Below, in pieces: positions 49,574-58,536 of a stretch of DNA of 64,000 bases. Within the stretch, counting starts at the first letter, position 1; every line of letters begins with the position of its first letter. A program made the translations under genes and the position numbers. This DNA is from a virus, in IMG/VR virus record IMGVR_UViG_3300032087_004763, positions 64,001-128,000 of that record. One strand, written 5' to 3'. The notes under the pieces are model-generated. The model was given only the letters and a program-made list of their open reading frames with translations, was not told the DNA's origin and did no database searches.

Positions 49574-50673
49574 CAGAATGATCCCTCTGTATTAGTGGAT
49601 GCATTTAGTACAGTAAACTTAGATCCTTTCGTAGGTGGATTCGAGATCAGTTCAACTTTAATTCCAGGACCACCCTTTCTTTCACCGCCAGATGATGCAT
49701 CAAATGGACTATCAATATCTTTCTTGCTAAGAGTCCGATGCTCTACAAAGTTTAGTGCAATATCGACTTCTGTTGGTGTTCCATCTGGATGGAATGTTGC
49801 AGATGTCGGGTTAAATGTTGTAGAAACCGTTTCAAGATAGCAGTCTTTCATATGTGTACCATTTTGAATGTACTGACCATTTACCTTTGTAAAGGCTTTA
49901 ATTCTAAATAATTCTGGATATTCATATCCAAGTGAAATGCCACCAACTTCAATATCCTCTGGATATGCGTGGTATCTAAAGAAGTTTACAATGTCAGTAA
50001 TCGCCTTTGACTCTTGTGCACTAACAGGTATTAATTTAAAATTAAACGTAAATCTTCTCAGATTGACTTGTTTAAACATTGCACGAATATTTGGATTGAG
50101 TGCTGCTTGAGCTGCAAGAGAAGTTACATTTCCAGCTGTCTCACCAGGAATTAAGTTACCAATTCGAACTGCACCCAAACGTGAAACGTCTCGACCTGTA
50201 ATCGCTCCGATAAAATCAGATATACCCTCAGTGCCGGCCTCGATTGCTTTGGCTGTAGCTCCCGCTAATCCAGTGCCTTGTTCAAGCGCAGCGAGTCCTG
50301 TTGCTCCAGCAGCACCAAGACCTGGAGTCTCATATTGTATTACATCAGTAATCTGTATTGCCTGAGGTAGATATAAATCACATTTAGATCCAAGTTGAAG
50401 TGTTGCTGGATCTCCACCAGAAGCAGACTCAAGTACAGTCGCGACTTGTTCAGACTCTGCTTCTCCAGTTACAGCTGATTCGCCAAGAGCTTTTGCAGCC
50501 TCAGTTGTTTGAGTATTTAATTTAAGATCAAGCTTTGGTGGAATTATTTTTATGACTTGAAACTGCAATTTTGATGCATATCTGTCTCTGTCTTCGATTG
50601 GAAATGCGAATCGACCTTTTGTGAAAGGACCACCAGCTACCTCTGAACCCAGCTCATTGTATCTAAATGCCAT
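49573..50673 (-). CDS. gp48: Baseplate tail tube cap
   Basis: LYLP, NPN...F..V.LRRFTFNFKLIP.S..E, FFRYHAYP, DGTP. Confidence 0.85.
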   Translation of the reverse strand: MAFRYNELGSEVAGGPFTKGRFAFPIEDRDRYASKLQFQVIKIIPPKLDLKLNTQTTEAAKALGESAVTGEAESEQVATVLESASGGDPATLQLGSKCDLYLPQAIQITDVIQYETPGLGAAGATGLAALEQGTGLAGATAKAIEAGTEGISDFIGAITGRDVSRLGAVRIGNLIPGETAGNVTSLAAQAALNPNIRAMFKQVNLRRFTFNFKLIPVSAQESKAITDIVNFFRYHAYPEDIEVGGISLGYEYPELFRIKAFTKVNGQYIQNGTHMKDCYLETVSTTFNPTSATFHPDGTPTEVDIALNFVEHRTLSKKDIDSPFDASSGGERKGGPGIKVELISNPPTKGSKFTVLNASTNTEGSF

Positions 50674-50705
50674 GTGTAAACCTATAGATAGAAATAGTTT
50701 AATTT

Positions 50706-50713
50706 TATTTATA
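50706..50713 (-). promoter_or_regulatory. T4-type late promoter TATAAATA (divergent region)
   Basis: Exact consensus upstream of gp48; a TATAGATA variant at 50683-50690 on the plus strand faces gp4. Confidence 0.7.
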
Positions 50714-50720
50714 TGGTTTT

Positions 50721-51221
50721 ATGGCATATTCTGGCAGATATCAAGTCATCAATCTGAACAAGTATAAAGGTAATCCCGATATGGTTGTCTATCGATCGCT
50801 ATGGGAGAAGTACTGTTTTATCTGGTGTGATACCAACCCGAAGGTCAAAGCCTGGTCATCAGAAGAGGTAATCATACCGTACTACTATGATGTCGATAAA
50901 AAGTATCACCGCTATTTTCCCGATCTCAAGATTGTCACTGAAGAGAAGACACTCCTCATTGAAATCAAACCAGACAAAGAAACAAAACCGCCAGAAGGAC
51001 AAAGAAAAACAAAGCGGTATATCACTGAAGGTCTGACCTACGTCAAGAACATGAATAAATGGAAGGCAGCCGAAGAATATTGTAAGGATCGGAACTGGGA
51101 GTTTCAGATCTGGACTGAAGACACCCTGATCGAGATGGGACTACTATCAAAGAAGATGCCTGGAAAGATCAAGAAGCCACTCAAGCGTTTACCTCCCTAT
51201 CGCAAAAAACCTAAAAAATAG
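50721..51221 (+). CDS. gp4: Head completion nuclease
   Basis: KYKGNP..VVYRSLWE, WSSEE..IPY, HRYFPD, IEIKP, NKWKAA. Confidence 0.93.
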   Translation: MAYSGRYQVINLNKYKGNPDMVVYRSLWEKYCFIWCDTNPKVKAWSSEEVIIPYYYDVDKKYHRYFPDLKIVTEEKTLLIEIKPDKETKPPEGQRKTKRYITEGLTYVKNMNKWKAAEEYCKDRNWEFQIWTEDTLIEMGLLSKKMPGKIKKPLKRLPPYRKKPKK

Positions 51222-51222
51222 T

Positions 51223-51230
51223 TATAAATA
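51223..51230 (+). promoter_or_regulatory. T4-type late promoter TATAAATA
   Basis: Exact consensus 5 nt before the gp2 ATG. Confidence 0.75.
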
Positions 51231-51235
51231 ACATC

Positions 51236-51793
51236 ATGGCAAATCTATTTCAGAAATTAGAGATCGAAGCTTTTAGAGCTGGTATTACTCCAAGGACAAA
51301 AGAATCTATGGCTTGGTTCCGTCAAAAGGCAACCGAGTTAGGTCGTATTGGACCAAATACAGTGATGAATGATGATGCAATAACGATGAAAACAAATGTC
51401 GATACAACATCGTTGAAGGGCTTAGACCAGCCACTTGGTAATATGTACATGTATTACTATGATCCAAAGCATAAAGAAACGCTTCCATACTATGATAGGT
51501 TCCCATTAATCATCATGTATGGTAAAGCAAAGGGTGGGTTTTATGGCCTCAATCTTCATTATATGGCACCGCCTCTTCGAGCAAAGGCTCTTGATGCAAT
51601 TCTTGGAGACGGATCATTACCAGGTAAATATGTCAAACCGATGATTAAACATTATTTGTTCGAACACGTAAAAAGTAGATTTGCTTTAGTAGATAAACCA
51701 GAGTGGGAGATTGCTACCTTTTTACCATTAGCACAATGGGAGAAAGCAAGGGCGAGTACAGTTTATGCTGAATCAAGACGGAAAATGAGATAA
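51236..51793 (+). CDS. gp2: DNA end protector protein
   Basis: YDPKHKETLPYYDRFPL, GLNLHY, WEIATFLP. Confidence 0.93.
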   Translation: MANLFQKLEIEAFRAGITPRTKESMAWFRQKATELGRIGPNTVMNDDAITMKTNVDTTSLKGLDQPLGNMYMYYYDPKHKETLPYYDRFPLIIMYGKAKGGFYGLNLHYMAPPLRAKALDAILGDGSLPGKYVKPMIKHYLFEHVKSRFALVDKPEWEIATFLPLAQWEKARASTVYAESRRKMR

Positions 51794-52455
51794 TGGCAAG
51801 TATTAACGAACTAAAGGCAATGGCCTCTACAAAGCTTGGTTTCGCGAGGTCAAATAACTTTCTAGTTGAGCTTCCGCAACTAGGATCCAATCCATTTGGA
51901 AGACTTGCCGGGTTCATACCATCTGTTCCAGGTCTGACGCCTGATGCAGTTGCATCGACAAGAGAACTTAATGTTCTCTGTAAAAATGCACAAATACCAG
52001 GAAAACAAATTCTTTCGCAAGATCGTAGAATCGGTATGATCTTTGAGAAGGTTGCATACGGATACGCGGTTGGCGATGTAAGTCTTTCATTCTATATGTT
52101 AAATGATTATAGTGTTATGAACTATTTTGATACGTGGAAGAAATCAGTGGTTGATGAACAAAACCTTACAGTCGGTTACAAGAAAGATTATGCTAAGCCG
52201 GTAAAAATTCATCAATTAAGAAAACCGCTAAAAACTATAGGTAGAAATCTAGGACCAATCTCTGTTGACATTGGCCTCGGTTCTGGAAGTGTATATAGTG
52301 TTGAGTTAGTAGATGCATTTCCGACTACTATTGGTCAGATAGATTTTTCGAATGAGCTAGACGGATTAGTTGAATTGACCGTACAGCTCTCATACACAAA
52401 TCACGTGAGAATTAAACCCTCTCAAAACTTTATTAATGTTGACTTTGGTTTCTAA
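51793..52455 (+). CDS. Tail tube-like protein / baseplate tail tube initiator (gp54-like)
   Basis: FARSNNF, LC....PG, YFDTW, DAFPTTI...LTVQLSY. Confidence 0.8.
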   Translation: MASINELKAMASTKLGFARSNNFLVELPQLGSNPFGRLAGFIPSVPGLTPDAVASTRELNVLCKNAQIPGKQILSQDRRIGMIFEKVAYGYAVGDVSLSFYMLNDYSVMNYFDTWKKSVVDEQNLTVGYKKDYAKPVKIHQLRKPLKTIGRNLGPISVDIGLGSGSVYSVELVDAFPTTIGQIDFSNELDGLVELTVQLSYTNHVRIKPSQNFINVDFGF

Positions 52456-52466
52456 GGAGATATATT

Positions 52467-53183
52467 ATGGCTTTGCCACAGTTAAACACATCACCGTCGT
52501 ATACGACTAAGGTGCCGTCGACCGGTCAAGACGTTAACTTTAGACCGTTTTTAGTAAAAGAGCAGAAGGTTCTTCTGATTGCATATGAATCACAAGACAA
52601 ATCTCAAATCATTAAAGGCATCCTAGATACATTAGACGCGTGTTTAGAAACAGACATCGATGTTCACGCACTAACTACGTTTGATGTTGACTATCTTTTT
52701 ACTCAGATCCGTGGAAAGTCAGTAGGTGAGAGAGTCGACGTCAAGTTAAAGTGTCAGAGCTGTGAAGAGTATAACGATATTCAGATTGACCTAGATGACA
52801 TTCAACCTCCTACAGCTAAAGATTCAACTAGGATTATCGAGCTAAATCAAACTGTTTCGCTGCAATTAAAGTACCCAAGCTATTCTTTGTTCCTTCGCAA
52901 TCCTAGCATGTTAAACTCCGAATCTAGTACCGAAACAATCATGGAAGTCATTATCTCTTGTATGCATGCGGTACTAACGAATGATGAAAACATTCTGTTA
53001 AAGGACGAGCCAAGAGAAGAGGTTGTAAAATTCTTAGACTCAATGACAGCTGGTCAATTTGAAATGATCACGGATTTTGTAGAAAAAATGCCAGCTATGA
53101 ACAAAAAAGTAAACTATGCTTGTGTTAAGTGTGGAGAAAAGAACGAGAAGGTATTGAGTGGCCTTGACGATTTTTTATCATAG
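52467..53183 (+). CDS. gp26: Baseplate hub assembly protein / tail assembly chaperone
   Basis: MALPQL..P.Y, FRPFLVKEQK.LL, IRGKSVGE, two CxxC, C-terminal GLDDF. Confidence 0.9.
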   Translation: MALPQLNTSPSYTTKVPSTGQDVNFRPFLVKEQKVLLIAYESQDKSQIIKGILDTLDACLETDIDVHALTTFDVDYLFTQIRGKSVGERVDVKLKCQSCEEYNDIQIDLDDIQPPTAKDSTRIIELNQTVSLQLKYPSYSLFLRNPSMLNSESSTETIMEVIISCMHAVLTNDENILLKDEPREEVVKFLDSMTAGQFEMITDFVEKMPAMNKKVNYACVKCGEKNEKVLSGLDDFLS

Positions 53184-53371
53184 GCCTCTCACATGAATCA
53201 TTGGAAAACTATTATCAGACTAACTTTCAGTTGATGCAGCATCATCGATACTCGTTAGCCGATATAGAAGGAATGATGCCGTGGGAGAGGGAGATTTATG
53301 TAATGCTTTTAATCAACCATATAAAAGAAGAGAACGAGAGAGCTAAACAAAATGGCAGCAATTACTCTTGA
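53177..53371 (+). CDS. gp51: Baseplate hub assembly catalyst; -1 frame relative to gp26
   Basis: Not in the track. Frame reads IIGLSHESLENYYQTNFQLMQHHRYSLADIEGMMPWEREIYVMLL...; first ATG only at 53234. Confidence 0.85.
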   Translation: MIGLSHESLENYYQTNFQLMQHHRYSLADIEGMMPWEREIYVMLLINHIKEENERAKQNGSNYS

Positions 53372-54818
53372 AGACGTAAATAAAAGTTTACAAAAACAGA
53401 CCGAAATCTTAGACGATGATGGTAAATTTTCGGCAATGGTCGCCGGAAAAACGCACGCACACTTAGAAACCTTAAACAGCAGCGTTTCTTCTCTTTTAGG
53501 AATATTTAAATCAAAATTTGAAGGCGACGATATTGAAGCAGCTCGTGAAGGTAAGCCAGACGTCATACCTCAGTCAGCTGCAGCTGGCGGTAAAGGCGGG
53601 GATGGCGGTTTTGATTTTCTTGCTTTTGGTAAGGGTCTTTTAGCTGGTCTTTTAGCAGCCATTCCGGCGATTATTGCAGGTCTTGTTGGTGCTGTTGTTG
53701 CTTCTTTTAATGAGTTTGCAAATGATCTTGCCAGGACTTTAGCGGCTAAAAAAATATTTAATTTTCTTAAGATAAGTGACAAGGTCAGAGACATAATTAA
53801 AACTGGACTTACAGGCCTGATTGCTGGATTAAAGACTGCACTTTTCTCTGCTATGTATCTTGGCCAAGACGGGAAACCGATTGCTAAAGTATTTAAAGGA
53901 ATTCAAGGAGCACAAGGTGCAGGACCATTTGCGAAAGCGTTAAGAGGTATTAAAAGCATAGTCGAGTTAGTCGGTAAAGTATTTAGTCCTATAGTAAAAT
54001 TGGTTAGCGGACCGACCGGTAAACTACTAAGTGGTCTTGGAAAAGTAATGGGTACACTTGGAACTGTATTAAGAACTATATTCTTGCCTATCGGTATTTT
54101 ATTTACTGCTTATGATACTATTAAAGGTGCGGTAGAAGGTTTTCAAAAGGACGGTCCATTTGGAGCAATTACAGGAGGTCTTGGAGGATTAATTGGATCA
54201 ATTATCGGTGCACCTATAGATTTACTATTATCAGCCGTTGATTGGATTGCTAAAAAATTAGGATGGAGTGAGGATCTGATTCCAGATAATTTTAACGTTC
54301 AGAAACTAATTCAAGACTTCTTTTCAAATATTCCAACACTAGTTAAACAAGCTTTTTCATACATAGGAGACGCTATTGAAAATTTTGAGTTTGGAATACC
54401 CGACTTAAAATTTGGTAATCCTTTTGAAAATATAACAGAAAAAATTAAGAATTTAGATCTAACCTCACTCAATTTCCCAAAAATTGGTGATTTCTTTGGT
54501 ATAGACATGAACTTAGGTGATAAGCTTAAAGGTGCCTTATTACAATTATTCGGTGGGGTTGGTACTGGTCCGCTAGCTAGTCTTGGAACAGACGATGAAG
54601 ATCCTTTTGTTGAAAGTAGTCAACCGTCTACAGCAACTACACTCAGAGAAGGTGGTGATGAAATGAGAAGAGGCCGCGGTGCTATTCTTAATACCGGGCC
54701 TCCAGTTAGTGTTATTGATGCTTCATCACGGATTAACAGTAGTCAGCAAACTGCTATGAGTATACCGACTACTGCTATGGATCATTCCGATCCATACATG
54801 ACACCCGCGTTAACTTAA
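53352..54818 (+). CDS. Tape-measure-like protein (gp29 position)
   Basis: Ala/Gly/Leu/Lys-rich helical protein with hydrophobic stretches, directly after gp26/gp51. Confidence 0.65.
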   Translation: MAAITLEDVNKSLQKQTEILDDDGKFSAMVAGKTHAHLETLNSSVSSLLGIFKSKFEGDDIEAAREGKPDVIPQSAAAGGKGGDGGFDFLAFGKGLLAGLLAAIPAIIAGLVGAVVASFNEFANDLARTLAAKKIFNFLKISDKVRDIIKTGLTGLIAGLKTALFSAMYLGQDGKPIAKVFKGIQGAQGAGPFAKALRGIKSIVELVGKVFSPIVKLVSGPTGKLLSGLGKVMGTLGTVLRTIFLPIGILFTAYDTIKGAVEGFQKDGPFGAITGGLGGLIGSIIGAPIDLLLSAVDWIAKKLGWSEDLIPDNFNVQKLIQDFFSNIPTLVKQAFSYIGDAIENFEFGIPDLKFGNPFENITEKIKNLDLTSLNFPKIGDFFGIDMNLGDKLKGALLQLFGGVGTGPLASLGTDDEDPFVESSQPSTATTLREGGDEMRRGRGAILNTGPPVSVIDASSRINSSQQTAMSIPTTAMDHSDPYMTPALT

Positions 54819-55705
54819 TCGCTGTTAGCTAACTTAGCAAAGTATGACATTGTGTCATCTTCATCCGTATCGAACGGAATCTCATCAGCCGTAACTGGCT
54901 CTAGCGGTGCTGGAGCTGGTTCATTGAGCTGAGCTTCCTGCTTGAGTGTAGGAGCACCTGCTTCTACCTCTTCACCAAGAACCCGCATCAACTTGGCCTT
55001 GAGCTCATCATAAGTCTTGTAGTTCTTTGGATCAGTGAACTCATTGAGTGGGTGCAACTTACCATAGATCTCTTCAAGCTTGTCATCATCAGCTAATGCG
55101 GATGGTGACTCAAACTCAGACTTATCGTAGTTACGATAGCCCTCGACATTACGAATCTTCAACTTGAAGTTCGCACCTTCCCAGAAGTCAAATGGGTTGA
55201 CAGGTGTCTCATCCTGGAATGCAGGCTGCATGACATCCATGATCTTATCAAAGATCTTCTTACCAAACTGATAGAGGAAGACTTTGCCTTCGTTATCTGG
55301 ATTTGCAGGATCACTGATGATCTGCACATTGGTGACATAATGTAGACGACGCTTCTGCGTACGTGCACGGTCTTTATCAGCCTCAATGCCAGTATTCCAT
55401 AGACGTGAGTTTAGCTCACCGACTGGATCTGGTTGACCGATAGATGTGAGTGATCTCTCGATGTACCACATACCTGTAGGACCTTTAAATCCGTGATCCC
55501 AATACCGTACCCACGGAAGATCCTCACCTTCAGGTGCTGGTAAGAAACGGAGAACTACATAACCATTGCCTGCCTTATCGACAGCTGGCTTATAGATCCG
55601 CTCGTCACCATAGTTCTTCTTTTCTGTGGTTCCGCCAACAGATTCTGCGGCTGAGAGGAGTTTGTTGATTTGATCGCGATTGCGCTTGAGGTTTTCGAAC
55701 GACAT
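54815..55705 (-). CDS. gp32: Single-stranded DNA-binding protein
   Basis: DKAGNG..LRFLP, HGFKGPTG.WYIE.SL, GKKIFDKI, PFDFWEGANF, acidic C-terminal tail. Confidence 0.96.
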   Translation of the reverse strand: MSFENLKRNRDQINKLLSAAESVGGTTEKKNYGDERIYKPAVDKAGNGYVVLRFLPAPEGEDLPWVRYWDHGFKGPTGMWYIERSLTSIGQPDPVGELNSRLWNTGIEADKDRARTQKRRLHYVTNVQIISDPANPDNEGKVFLYQFGKKIFDKIMDVMQPAFQDETPVNPFDFWEGANFKLKIRNVEGYRNYDKSEFESPSALADDDKLEEIYGKLHPLNEFTDPKNYKTYDELKAKLMRVLGEEVEAGAPTLKQEAQLNEPAPAPLEPVTADEIPFDTDEDDTMSYFAKLANSD

Positions 55706-55737
55706 ATATTTTCCTTGTATTGCTGAAATATTACTGT

Positions 55738-55778
55738 ATTATACACTATATCTGTACCGAAGTACAACATTATTTATA
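55738..55778 (-). promoter_or_regulatory. Tandem late (TATAAATA 55771-55778) and sigma70-like (TGTACT-17-TATAAT) promoters of gp32
   Basis: Minus strand reads TATAAATAATGT TGTACT TCGGTACAGATATAGTG TATAAT, followed by an AT-rich leader. Confidence 0.75.
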
Positions 55779-55790
55779 CGACTCCTGTCG

Positions 55791-56360
55791 CTATTTAAAT
55801 GGTGGACCTATAAACCAAGTTACTAATGAATACCTTACACCTTTCGTAACTGGACGCACTCTATGCGAAAGATAAGAAGGAAAAAAGATCATCATTCCTT
55901 TTTTATTCTCAATAGGATCCTCATTATAAAACTGTAATTGTCCACCCTCAAAATCATCATTCAGAACAAGACTCATCGAGAGTTTACGTGTTCTTTTATG
56001 ACGTATATTACCTGGCGGCCGGTCGTAATAAGAAATACCTAAACCATCAATATGATAATCATAATACTGATTTTCTTGATATTGTGTAATCTGCATAGTC
56101 TCAGCAGCATCAATATCAAAATGAGTGAGTTGTTCATTGGCCGTGACCATAAAAGGCCAAATTAAATCGTATATCCTTTGATCTTCTGTCCATACGATAT
56201 TTGAATCACGTACACTGGGTTTAACGCTGCCTTTTAGATTCACTTTGCCTCTAGTCCATTGATCTTTTGGCAGGCTTAAGATGTAGTTAATGTCGTCATC
56301 AGATATTACATCATCAAATCGCCAGTGGCTAAAATCATTTAATTCCATATTATCAGTCAA
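55791..56360 (-). CDS. 2OG-Fe(II) oxygenase (prolyl-hydroxylase/PKHD-type)
   Basis: YDYHID, RKLSMSLVLN..FEGG, FPSYLSHRVRPVTKGVRYSLVTW. Confidence 0.9.
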   Translation of the reverse strand: MTDNMELNDFSHWRFDDVISDDDINYILSLPKDQWTRGKVNLKGSVKPSVRDSNIVWTEDQRIYDLIWPFMVTANEQLTHFDIDAAETMQITQYQENQYYDYHIDGLGISYYDRPPGNIRHKRTRKLSMSLVLNDDFEGGQLQFYNEDPIENKKGMMIFFPSYLSHRVRPVTKGVRYSLVTWFIGPPFK

Positions 56361-56583
56361 ATGCTAATTCATTTGTTCTTGGTAAAAAGTTAAGCCTTCT
56401 CGCTTCTGCCTCTAGTTTGTCCTTGATAATCGGATTGATAAACTTTCGGCAGTCTTCTATCTCAATGTTATGCTTCTCACATAACCATACTATAGCATCC
56501 ATATAAGATAGACGTTTCTCAAAGACCGTCTGCTCGACGAGCTTCGAAAACTTTGCTTTTGTTAAGAAATTTTCTTCGATCAT
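56353..56583 (-). CDS. gp33: Late transcription coactivator
   Basis: FSKLVE..V....SYMDAI..CE...IE....KDKLEAEA..LNFL. Confidence 0.88.
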   Translation of the reverse strand: MIEENFLTKAKFSKLVEQTVFEKRLSYMDAIVWLCEKHNIEIEDCRKFINPIIKDKLEAEARRLNFLPRTNELAFD

Positions 56584-57302
56584 ATTTTTCTACGTCTCGG
56601 TTTACGTTTTGCCTTTTGCTCTTCCTTGAATGCATCGAGATCGGCGATCATAGAATTAATTAACTTAATCCTACGACTGAGTTCTCGCCGACCAAGATGT
56701 TTGTAGGCATCATGAGCTTCCTTACATGATTTATTGTATGCGTCTTCGTACTCAGGTAACATACGCTTCAAATAGGATTTAACTGGCTCAACAGCCATAC
56801 CTTTCAACTCATGAATACGGAATGATGCAACGATGTCAAGTGTTGCCTTTTCACCATCGTACCATCCGTCTTCTAATTTATCAATATCGACCATAACAGT
56901 ACGCTCGAGCTTGATTAGAAGTCTTTCTTTTGGAGACAGCACTCGCTTTGGCGGTGCGTCATCCGGTTGTTTCTTCTTGAGGATCTCCTTACCTTTCTCA
57001 ATGAGTTCCTCGAAATATTGTTTGATATGCTCTGGATATCTAGCTGTCTTCTCGTCAAACTCAAGACCATTTGACATCCAATGAATAGCTGCACCGATTC
57101 CTGTATACATCTGGAAACAGTACTCAGGATTTGCAAGAATCGCTGTGTAGTCTTTCTTATTATAATTCTTACGTACCCACTTCTTTACGATCTTACCGAT
57201 ATCTTTTCTATCGAGATCATAGCTAAAATAGTAGCTGCACTTGTCAAACCCTTGATCAAGTGGAATACCTTTCATTCCAGTAAGTATACGTTTCTTAGCC
57301 AT
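56580..57302 (-). CDS. Conserved hypothetical T4-like protein
   Basis: 240-aa basic ORF coupled to neighbours. Confidence 0.7.
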   Translation of the reverse strand: MAKKRILTGMKGIPLDQGFDKCSYYFSYDLDRKDIGKIVKKWVRKNYNKKDYTAILANPEYCFQMYTGIGAAIHWMSNGLEFDEKTARYPEHIKQYFEELIEKGKEILKKKQPDDAPPKRVLSPKERLLIKLERTVMVDIDKLEDGWYDGEKATLDIVASFRIHELKGMAVEPVKSYLKRMLPEYEDAYNKSCKEAHDAYKHLGRRELSRRIKLINSMIADLDAFKEEQKAKRKPRRRKI

Positions 57303-57855
57303 TTGCTACATTCAATCCTGTTAGTATATCATGATTACCGAATGTACCTACCGCAAATGAATTAAATGCGATAGAGATTCTCATCTTACTTATCGGGTGT
57401 GGTGGTACATAGTGTAATAACGAAGATGGAAAGAGTATCAGGTCATTATCTTTGACCGACAACTTATATCTTGAATCTCTATTATTGAAAGATGACTCAC
57501 TATCGGATATAAGTGTGACTTCATCATCTGCGCTTACATAGAACACACCACTCACGATGCTGTTTACATGTCTATGTGGGTGTGTAAATTGATTCTTTTC
57601 AGTGAAGTTAACCCAACTCTGTGTGACGTATGGTTCAACATTTTTTTCTTTTAGGACATTTCTATAATACTGATTTAGCCTTTTTATGATAAACTGTTTT
57701 ACATCTGACATAAAATCTATGTCCAAGACATTTGTGTCTTCACTTACGTAATGACTTGTCCCCATCCTACGTTCTAAAAAATGCAAATTACGACTGACTT
57801 CATCAGGATAATGATCAGTTGCAATTGTAGTAGGAAAGATCTGATGATACTGCAT
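57295..57855 (-). CDS. Putative 2OG-Fe(II) oxygenase (TIGR02466-like)
   Basis: SWVN...HPHRH.NSIVSGVFY...LILFPS.LLHYV...RISIAFN. Confidence 0.85.
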   Translation of the reverse strand: MQYHQIFPTTIATDHYPDEVSRNLHFLERRMGTSHYVSEDTNVLDIDFMSDVKQFIIKRLNQYYRNVLKEKNVEPYVTQSWVNFTEKNQFTHPHRHVNSIVSGVFYVSADDEVTLISDSESSFNNRDSRYKLSVKDNDLILFPSSLLHYVPPHPISKMRISIAFNSFAVGTFGNHDILTGLNVANG

Positions 57856-58181
57856 TAATTGCGTCTCATCGTAGCATAATCTACTGGATTATCGTCTTTA
57901 CCTACTGGGACGATGTTGCTTTTGTGGAGGGTTGCGAGTCCTGTGATGTAGTCTCCTGAGTATTCCTTTGCCGCTGCTTTTGCTGTTGCATTCTGGTTGT
58001 TGTTGATTCCTTCGTATGAGGGGATGGATTCAGATACGCGTAGATACGGCCGGCTCGGAACATATTCTTTGAACTCCTGTGAGATTGGTGCTGATGCAAA
58101 CTTCTTTGCGCGTTTTAGTTCTGTACTATATATAGAAAGCTTCTCTTCACGGAGAAGCTTTTTTCGTCTACTTACTGACAT
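57855..58181 (-). CDS. Hypothetical protein
   Basis: YSGDYITGLATLHKSNIVPV motif recurrent in T4-like phages. Confidence 0.7.
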   Translation of the reverse strand: MSVSRRKKLLREEKLSIYSTELKRAKKFASAPISQEFKEYVPSRPYLRVSESIPSYEGINNNQNATAKAAAKEYSGDYITGLATLHKSNIVPVGKDDNPVDYATMRRN

Positions 58182-58363
58182 GTGTCAAATTCCTTCATTG
58201 CTGAATATGTGTCTAAGACACCTGAGCTCTGAATGGTATTATACACCTCAATGTCGGACATGTACACAGAATTTTCACGGGCTAGTTTTGCTGCAGCCTG
58301 ACGCTCACGGTTAATCTTGTTACCGATGCGGCGGATCATCTTTAAACGTTGTGCTTTTGTCAT
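58172..58363 (-). CDS. Small hypothetical protein
   Basis: GAGG SD upstream; 63 aa. Confidence 0.6.
   Translation of the reverse strand: MTKAQRLKMIRRIGNKINRERQAAAKLARENSVYMSDIEVYNTIQSSGVLDTYSAMKEFDTCQ
58238..58266 (-). promoter_or_regulatory. Sigma70-like promoter TGTACA-17-TATAAT embedded in an ORF
   Basis: TGTACA TGTCCGACATTGAGGTG TATAAT, exact 17-nt spacer. Confidence 0.65.
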
Positions 58364-58508
58364 AATTTAATTTCCTCTCAAGTTCATGACGTAATGTGCG
58401 AAGCTCTTCAATACGATCTTCGACTAATTCTCTCTGCGAGACCTCTTCTAAGAATCCAAGGTCTTCATCAATTGTGTTTATCTTTTGGATTATATCTTGA
58501 TTTTCCAT
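58320..58508 (-). CDS. Small coiled-coil hypothetical protein (overlaps a promoter)
   Basis: 62-aa acidic/helical ORF; its start lies inside a promoter spacer and has no clear SD. Confidence 0.4.
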   Translation of the reverse strand: MENQDIIQKINTIDEDLGFLEEVSQRELVEDRIEELRTLRHELERKLNYDKSTTFKDDPPHR

Positions 58509-58517
58509 AAATGTACA
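58489..58517 (-). promoter_or_regulatory. Sigma70-like promoter TGTACA-17-TATAAT
   Basis: A-rich upstream element, then TGTACA TTTATGGAAAATCAAGA TATAAT. Confidence 0.7.
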
Positions 58518-58536
58518 CTACTTTTTGCAATTATTT

